DNA of 64,000 nt from contig CBDFLE010000005.1 of the NCBI GenBank assembly GCA_965248925.1, positions 1,536,001 to 1,600,000 on the forward strand, given 5' to 3'. The DNA comes from Candidatus Multivoradales bacterium. Its GTDB lineage: Bacteria > Acidobacteriota > Thermoanaerobaculia > Multivoradales > J023. The notes beneath the pieces are model-generated. The model saw only the letters and a program-made list of their open reading frames with translations, did not search any database and was not told where the DNA came from. This document shows positions 21,801 through 30,800 of this stretch, one piece after another. The translations under genes were made by a program, and so were the position numbers. Numbering within the stretch: position 1 is the first letter of the stretch; every line of letters begins with the position of its first letter.

Positions 21801-24800
21801 GAGGTCGAGCAGAAGGTCTGCACCGCGATACTGGGCCCGGTAAGACCGAGCTTGTAGGACACTTTGGTGGTCAGAGAATCGGCAGAGTTGACGATTCCAG
21901 CCTGCATTGGATCGACTGCGGCGGCGGTCTGCGGATCACTGATGATTTGATTGAGCAGGTAGGTGCTTATATTTGAGCCGCCGAAGACGCCGATCGCTCC
22001 ACCGTACTGCTGCGAATCGTAGCCAGCATTCTCCAGCGCTTCCCAAGCAGCTTCGAGAAAGAAGCGATGCTGCGGATCCATCAACTCCGCCTCCCGCGGC
22101 GAGTAGCCGAACAGCTCGGCGTCGAAGCGGTCGATGTCCTCCAGCACTGCACCGGCCTTGACGTAAGTCGGATCCCGTAACAAGGCCTCTTCGACGCCAG
22201 CGGCCCGTAGCTCTTCGTCGCTGAAGAAAGTCACCGACTCGACCCCCTGCTGCAAGTTGCGCCACAGCTCGGTCGTGTTGCGGGCTCCGGGGAAGCGTCC
22301 TGCCATGCCAATGATAGCAATGTGAGACTCAACTTCCGGCCCGGTTGCCCGCCGTCTGCGGACGGCCAGCCGGGGCTTTGCTCCGCCTGCCGCCACCGCA
22401 GCGGGAGCCAGGGCTCGGGCCAGGGTCGATGCCGTCGGCGCTTCATAGAGTAGAGTTGCCGGCACGTCGCGACCGACGACCTGCTTGAGTTCAGCGGTGA
22501 CCTGCAAACCGAGCAGAGAATTGCCGCCGAGATCGAAGAAGTTGTCGTCGACGCCAACTTGCTCGACCCCGAGCAGGCGCTGCAAGATCTCAGCGACCCG
22601 CCGCTCGAGTTCCTCGACCGACAAATCCGGGGGTGGAGTGTCGCCAGTTCTGGCCGGCGCCGCGACCACGCCGAAACCGCGCAAGAGGTTGTCCAGGGTG
22701 AACTTGCGACCGAGTTCGAAGAGGGTCGGCAGGCGCCGTGGGGTGACGACGATCCTTGCCTCCGCCTGCGCCAAAGCGCGCTCGAAAGCACGGCCCCCGC
22801 GGTCGAAATCGATCCCGAAGCGCTGCCGGCTAGCGGCAAAGAAATTGCGCATCTGCGGCGCAAAGTCGGTCAACCCTTCCTGCCATGCATCCCACTGCCA
22901 CTCATTCCAATCGATGGCGATAGTGCGCTGGCCACGGGCTGAGCGCTGCGCCGCGAAAGCATCGAGGAAAGCATTGGCGGCGCAGTAATCGACCTGTCCA
23001 GGACCACCGCCGGTGAGCGCCACCACCGAGGAGAAGAGAGCCATGAAGTCGAGCTGATGGTCAGCGAAGACCCGGTCGAGCACCCAGGAGCCCTGGATTT
23101 TCGGCGCCAGCACCTGAGCAGCCATTTCCCGGGTCTTGAGCTGCGCTAGTCCAGCGCCGGGTACCCCGGCGGCATGCACCACCCCATCGATCTTGCCGAA
23201 ATGCTCCAGCGCCTGCTCGACGGCCCGGCGCAGCTCTACTTCCACCGTGACATCGGCGACCAGCACCAGAACTTCGGCACCGAGATCTTCGAGTTCTTGC
23301 AGCCTTTCGAGGCGATCCGCCACCTGGCCCGGCCGCGTGCGGCTAACCAAGACCAACTTGGCTGCGAAGTGCCGGACCAGATGCTCAGCAAGTCCGAGAC
23401 CGAGGCCACCGAGGCCGCCGGTGATCAGATAGACCCCGCCTTGACGCAGCGGCGTCACCACCTCCTCAGGCGCTGGTAGCGGGACGAAAGTCTCCACCCA
23501 GCGCTCTCCTTGCCGGTAGGCCGCCACCGTATGCCCACCCTGCTCGGCGGTTTCCAGGGGCTCGGCCATGAGCTCGTCGAGCAAAGCTCGCAACTCACCA
23601 GACTGACTCCAGCTCGCCTCGCCGGCAGCACCATGCAGGTCGAGATCGAGGCTGCGGCAGCGCAGCAGCGGGAGTTCCAGAGGCGCCACCCGGCAAGGAC
23701 CGAGAAGGGTGGCACTTTGCGGGTGCAGTACTTCCTCGCCGGTGATCCGATGGATGCCGCTCGACACCACGGTGAGTTCGATCTCAGTCGCATCGCGGAG
23801 TTCACCGAGTCCCTGAATGCACGCCAGCAGGCTATAAAAGCCATACTCCAGCTGGTCCACCAGACAATCTTCCGGGATGCTGTTCGCGACCTCTTCGACC
23901 GCCAAGCTCCACAGATGTACGATCCGCCGCGGCGCGGCGTCGAGGTCGGCTAGGAGCTGGCGGAAATCTTCCAGCTCAGCGGGGCGTAGAGTCCACGAGC
24001 GATCGTTATGGCGGACGAACTCTGCGCCCACCTCGACCACCCACACCACTTGGCCAAGCTGTTCGAGACGCGCCGCCAGGGCGGCGCCGAGGCCGCCACT
24101 GTCGACCAGCAAGAGCCACGGATCGGCTTTGTCCGACAGCGGGTCAGCAGCCAACAGAGGCAGCGGCTGAGGGCGCCACTGGGGGCTGTAGAGCCAATCG
24201 TCGAAGGCTGCCGGCGCCTCAGCCAGATAGACCTTGAGTTCAGCTGGCACGTCTGGCGCGCTCGGCCCCGCCGAGGATTCCACCCAATAAGATTGGCGTT
24301 CGAAGGGATAGGTCGGTAAGGCTAGACGACGGCGTTGTTGAGCGGCGAAGAACGCGGCGCCGTCGATGTCCACCCCGCGCAGCCAGAGTTCACCGACGGT
24401 GCGCAGCAGGCGAGCTATCTCGTCGAGCTGCTCGCCGCTGCCGGTCGTGGACTCGAAACCCAGCACGGCGAGATTGCATTCGGCCGTCGCCGACAAATCA
24501 GACCCGCCATCGAGTTGCTGTCCGACGCCGATTTCGAGCAGCAGCCGATAGCGGTCGTCCGCCTCCTGCTCAGTAGCGTCAGGGCAGTCCAGCGGCCGAC
24601 TCATCCAGCGGCGCCAATAGGCAGGGTCAGTGACCTCCTGCGCGCTAAGTCTGATGCCACTAGGCGACAGAAGAGGGATCGCTGGAGCCCCCAGACTCTC
24701 CGTCAACGACTCCCCTGGGGCAACCCCATTGGGCGTCACAGAGGCCACCTGCGCCAACTCACGAGCCCGCCGACCCACCAGATCCGCCGCGTCCCCGAGG

Positions 24801-27800
24801 CTCAGAACCCCAGCCAGGCAAGCAGCCGCCGCCTCGCCAAGACCCTGCCCCTGGAGGGCCGACGGACGGATTCCCCAGCTCAGCAATTGGCGCCCTAGGG
24901 CGAGCTGGTTGGCGAACAGCAGTGCCGCAGCCAACCAAGGTGGAGCCGATTCCAGCTCGCGGTCGGGCCCGAGTTCAAAGCCAAAACGCTCAGCACACTG
25001 GTCGACAACCTCGCGGTAGACCTTCTCTCGCCGGTAGCACTCCTCGCCCCAGAGATCCGCCCCAGCTGTCAGATCGGTGAACTGAAAGGTGACGCTGGCG
25101 GGAGCTTCGTCATGATGCCGTGAGCGTATCTGCTCAGAATCGCCTCGGCGCAAGGAGCTAACTGCCTGGCCGGCTTGGTCAGCGACCACTAGCCGGCGAT
25201 GTTCCATAGCCCGCCGGCCCAACATCAGCGTGTAGGCCACATCGGCTAGGCTGCTAGACGGATTCTCCTCAAGATACCCACACAAGTTGTCGCACACCGT
25301 GGCGAGCGCGGAATCGGTACGCGCCGAGACCAGCAACAGTTGCCACTGGCGAGCCGGCCCGGAAGGCGCCTCGGAAGGTGCCTCTTCCAGCACCACATGG
25401 ACGTTGGTGCCACCCATTCCGAGCGAGTTGACCCCAGCCCGGCGCGGCCCACTGACGCTCTCCCATTCCGTCAACTCGCTGACCACGAAGAAAGGTGAAG
25501 CCGACAAGTGGAGCTTCGGATTCGGCCGTTCAAAGTGCAGGGTCGCCGGGATCCGGCGATGGCGCAGAGCCAGCGCGGTCTTGATCAAACCGGTCACACC
25601 GGAAGCCTTGTCGAGATGGCCAAGATTGCTCTTGGCCGAGCCGATGCCGCAGAAGCCTAGTCGCTTGGTGGTCTGGCGGAAGGCCTTGGTCAAGGCAGCG
25701 AACTCGATCGGATCCCCCAGCGGCGTCGCCGTGCCGTGAGCTTCGACGTAGCTCACCGATTCCGCTTCGACCCCAGCCTCGGCAAGGGCCGCAGCCACCA
25801 CCGCGGCTTGACCGTCGACGCTGGGAGCGTGAAAACCAACTTTGAGCGAACCGTCGTTATTGATCGCCGAGCCCTTGATCACCGCGTAAATCTGGTTGCC
25901 GTCACGCCGCGCGTCACTGAGCCGCTTGAGAGCTACCACAGCGACGCCATCACCCAGCGGCGTACCCCGGGCGGCGGCGTCGAAGCTGCGGGTGTGCCCA
26001 TCGGCGGAATCGGTGCCTCCCTCTTGGTAGAGATAACCGACCCGCACCGGCACGCGGATGGCGGAACCGCCGGCCAGAACCAGATCGCTATCACCGCTCA
26101 GCAGACTCTGCCGCGCCATGTGAACCGCCACCAAAGATGTCGAGCAATGAGTTTGGACGCTGACCGCCGGCCCCCTGAGGTCGAGTTTGTAGGCGGTCCG
26201 GGTCGATAGCGAATCTTTGTCGTTGCTGATCACGGTGCTCAACACCGTCGCCATATCCGCCATCTCGGGATCGGCCAGCTGGCTCAGCCAATAGGTGCTG
26301 ATATTGGTGCCTGCGAACACCCCGATCGCGCCGCCAAACTGCTCCGGATCCTGACCCGCGTCCTCCAGGGCTTCCCAGGAACACTCCAGAAACAGCCGCT
26401 GCTGCGGATCGGTCAACCTCGCTTCACTCGGAGTGAAATCAAAGAACGAGGCATCAAAGAGGTCTACATCGTCGAGCACCGGACGCGATTTGACGTAGTT
26501 GTCTTGGGCGATCAGTTCCGGGGCTACGCCGGCAGCCAGCAACTCGGGGTCACTAAAGGTGGAGATCCCTTCCCTCCCCTCGACCAACAGCTGCCACAAC
26601 TGCTGACTGCTCCGGGCGCCGGGAAAGCGACCGGCCATGCCGACAATCGCGATGTCTTCGTGCTGATATCCACCGCGATGGACACCGTCGACATCCTGGG
26701 TCGGCGCCTCTCGTGGCTCGGAACCGCGGCTCAAGACCTGGGCCAAGGTAGCGACCGTCGGCGCTTCATAGAGGCTGACCTCGTCGATCTTCAGACCAAG
26801 GGTCGAGGCCAACTCCAGGGTCAGTTGCTGACCGATTAACGAGTTGCCTCCAAGGTCGAAGAAATTGTCGTTGCGCCCTACTCGGTCCAGCCCTAGCCCG
26901 CGGCGCCAGATCTCACTGATCTGCTGCTCCAGCTCGCTGGCCGGCGGCACATGCCGGGTGCTCAATTCCGGCCGCGGGTGAATACCGGCGGCAAGGCCCG
27001 GTGAGCTTACCGGCTCTGCAGTCAGGCCAAAGAGGTTGGCGGCGGTCGCTCGGCGGCTGTCACGCTGCACGATGGCGAAAGCTCGCGGAGAGACAATCAG
27101 CTGCGGTTCTGGCTGCCCCAAGCACCAAACCAGCGCCCGCATCCCCTGCTCGAAGTCCACCCCATAGCGTGCCCGGCAGGTCTTCAGATAGGTCTGGAAC
27201 TCGGGCCGGAAACCAGCCAATGACTGGTCCCAGAGTCCCCACTGCCACCAGCCCCAGTTGATCGAGAGGACCCGTCCGGGAAGATCAGAGTTGACCGCCA
27301 TGGCGTCGAGAAAGGCATTGGCCGCGCAGTAGTCCAGCTGGCCGATGCCACCACCGGTGACGGCGATAACCGACGAAAACAGGACTACGAAATCCAGTTC
27401 TAAGCTAGCCAGCACTTCTTCCAGCACCCGCGTACCCTGAACCTTGGCCGCCAGCGCTCGCGCCACCATCTGTCGAGTCTTGAATCGCACCAGGCCAGCA
27501 CCGGGAATCCCCGCCGCATGGAACACACCATCGATGCCACCGAAACGTTCTGTAGCCTGCTGGATCGCGCGACCCATGGCCAGCGAATCGGCAACGTCAG
27601 CCTGCAAGATCAGAACTTCGGAGCCCAACTTCTCGATCGCCAAGATCTTGCGAATCCGCTCCTCGGGGCCATCCGCGGCAGCAGCCTCTCGTTCGACAAC
27701 TTCCTGCCAAGTGTCACGTTGCGGCAATGCGGAACGCCCCAGCAGCACGATTCTGGCGGCACAGCTGCGCGCCAACTCCTCGGCCAAACCCAGGCCAACC

Positions 27801-30800
27801 CCACCGAGACCGCCGGTGATCAGATAAACACCACCCTGACGCAAACCTGCCAGCGCCGATTCTGCTGGCTCTACTGCGACCTGCTGGAATCGCTCCACCC
27901 AGCGTTCCTTGGCGCGGTAGGCAACCCTCTCTGGATGCCCGCCAGCTGCCCTGGCGGTGAGTTCCTCCACAGTCGAGTCGACCAGGAGTTGCAGCGCCGC
28001 GGCATCGTCCGGCGGTGGCTCCAGGTCGACGCTATGGCAGCTCAACCACGGCAGCTCCAGGGGAAGCACCCGGCACGGACCGGTCAGCAGCGCCTTCTCT
28101 GGCTGGCTCGCCGGGTCAGCCGGCAACCTGTGCAAGCCGCTCGAAACCACTGTCAGGTCAATATCCGCGGCATCTCGTACTCGGTCCACGGCCTGTGCCA
28201 AGAACAGCAAGCTGTAGAAGCTCAGCTCGATCTGCCTCTCGCGCGCCGCGGAATCCACGCCGCAGTGGTCGAAGTTCCACAGATGGACAATCTGCTGTGG
28301 AACCTGGTCCAGGGCAGCGAGCAACGAGCGATAGTCTTCGACTGCAGTGGGATCGATGGTCCAAACACCGTCGTCCGAGTTCGAAAACGCCGCCCCCGCC
28401 AGCACCCGATACACCCGGTGCCCGTCCCTCTCCAACCGCGCGGCGACGGCCTGGCCAAGACCTGCCCGATCGAGAAAAAACAGCCATGTACGCGCCTCGA
28501 CCTCTCCTCCGTCCGCACCTTCCGACGGACCCAGACACCACTGCGGAACCGTGAACCAATCCTCGAATTCGAGCCGCGGGTCGCTATCGTCAAACTTCTC
28601 CAAGAGCTGTGCTGCCGCGGAATCAGCGGCTCGCGGAGGACCAAACCAGAAGCTCTGGCGCTCAAAGGGGTAAGTCGGTAAGTCGACGAAAGATCGTTGC
28701 TCCCCGCGGTTGAACGCCCGCCAGTCGATTTCCACTCCGGCCAGCCACAGCTGACCGAGATTGTGCAAGAGGGCCGCTTGCGGCGCCAACTGACCGACCA
28801 CCAACGAGCAGAGAACTTGCGACTCGACACTCTGCCCAAGTTTCCGCGCCAGTCCGCTCAGCATGTCGTCCGGACCGATCTCCAACAGCAGCGCACCTTC
28901 CTCACCCGCCGCGTCACGCAGCACTGCGGTGCAGGATTCCACCGATGCCGAGCGGCTCCATAAATCGGAATTCTCCGCCTCCTCGAGATCGACCTGGCGC
29001 CCCGTCGCCAGCGACAGCAGTGGGATGCGGGGCACCAGCAACTCAATCTCAGCAGACTCCGCGAGACTCCTATCCACCAAGGCAGAGCCCACCGCCACTC
29101 GCAACAGAGCCTCTTCGAGAGTGAAAACACCGGCTAAGCAGGCGGCGACATCGAGACCCACTCCTACCCCGATCAACCGTCCTGGCTCGACCCCCCAAGC
29201 CATCCACATTCTGGCCAGTGAGTACTGAATCGAGAATTGCCTTGGCGCCGCCACCTGCGGTTTAGCAGTGGCCTTCAACCAATCAATGAGTTCTAGACCG
29301 GTGTGCGCACGCAGCAGGTCCCGACAATGATCCAGCTGGCGGCGGAAATAACCCTCGACCGAGTAGAGTTCAAGGACGGGTTCGAGCGATGCCAACTTTG
29401 AATCGGCGAACAAGAAGCTCACCGAGGGCTGGTGCGGGCTGACCGTAGAACTCAGAACGCGCTCGGCATCGCCCTCGCGGAGGGCTGCGGCGGCCTCCGC
29501 GGCGCCACGGCACAGCACCATACGTCGGCGGTCGAGAGCCTCGCGACCGAGCTGGGAAGTAAAGGCAACATCGGCAAGTTCGACTTCCGTACTCTCCAGG
29601 AAATCCGCCAGCTCAGCGCTCACCGCTGCCAGCGCGCTGCCGGTCTTTGCCGAACACAACAGCAACTGCCATAGGCGGGATTCCCCAGAGGGCGCCACGG
29701 CCGGCGGTTCCTCGAGGACCACATGGGCATTGGTACCGCCGAAACCGAAGGAGCTCACTCCGGCCAGCGCCGGCGGCGCATCTTCCCTGCCACCTAACTC
29801 CCATTCCTCAAGGCCATCGACCACCCGCAATGCCTGCCCGGCCAGCAAAGCGTTCGCGGTGTCAGGGTGAAAATGCAAGCTCGGCGGCACCCGTCGATGC
29901 TGAAAAGCGAGCACTACTTTGATCAGACCGGCGATGCCCGCCGCGGCCTCGAGATGGCCTAGATTGCTCTTTACCGAGCCGATAGCGCAGGGCTCGGCGT
30001 CCCTCCGATCCACTCCGACTACCGCTCCCAAAGCAGACAACTCGATAGAATCGCCAAGTTCGGTTCCGGTACCGTGAGTCTCAACATAATGCACCGCTGC
30101 TGGCGATACACCGGCCTGATTGTAGGCTTGGCGTAACACCTCCTCTTGAGCAAAACGATTGGGCGCCGTCAGACCATTACTGGCTCCATCCTGATTGACT
30201 GCCACGCCGCGAATCTGGGAGTAAATCCGATTGCCATCGGCGAGCGCACTACTTAGGGGCTTGAGCAGAACCAGGCCAACGCCCTCACTGCGAACGTAGC
30301 CATCGGCAGCCGCGGCGAACACCTTGCACCGGCCGTCGGCAGCCATCAATCCCGCTTTGCTAAAGACCATCGTCGTCTCTGGCAACAGGATCAGGTTGAC
30401 CCCTCCTGCCAGCGCCAGAGTCGACTCTCCGGAACGCAGGCTCTGGCAAGCCGCGTGAACCGCCACTAAAGACGATGAACACGCGGTGTCGAGAGCCAGG
30501 CTCGGCCCTTGAAAGTCAAACGAGTAAGAGATCCGGTTGGCAGCGATCGAGCCGGCGTTACCGGTCCCGACGTAGGCGTCAATCTGCGCTCGGTCGCGAA
30601 TCTGCAGCTGGCCGTAGTCGCTCGTCGCCAGGCCGACAAAGACCCCCGTTTTGGAACCGCGCAGCCGCCCCGGCGCCAACGCAGCATGCTCGAAAGTCTG
30701 CCAAGCGACCTCGAGCAACAACCGCTGCTGTGGATCCATGCGTTCGGCTTCGCGCGGCGAGATGCCGAAGAAGCGCGCGTCGAATAGATCCACGCGGTCG

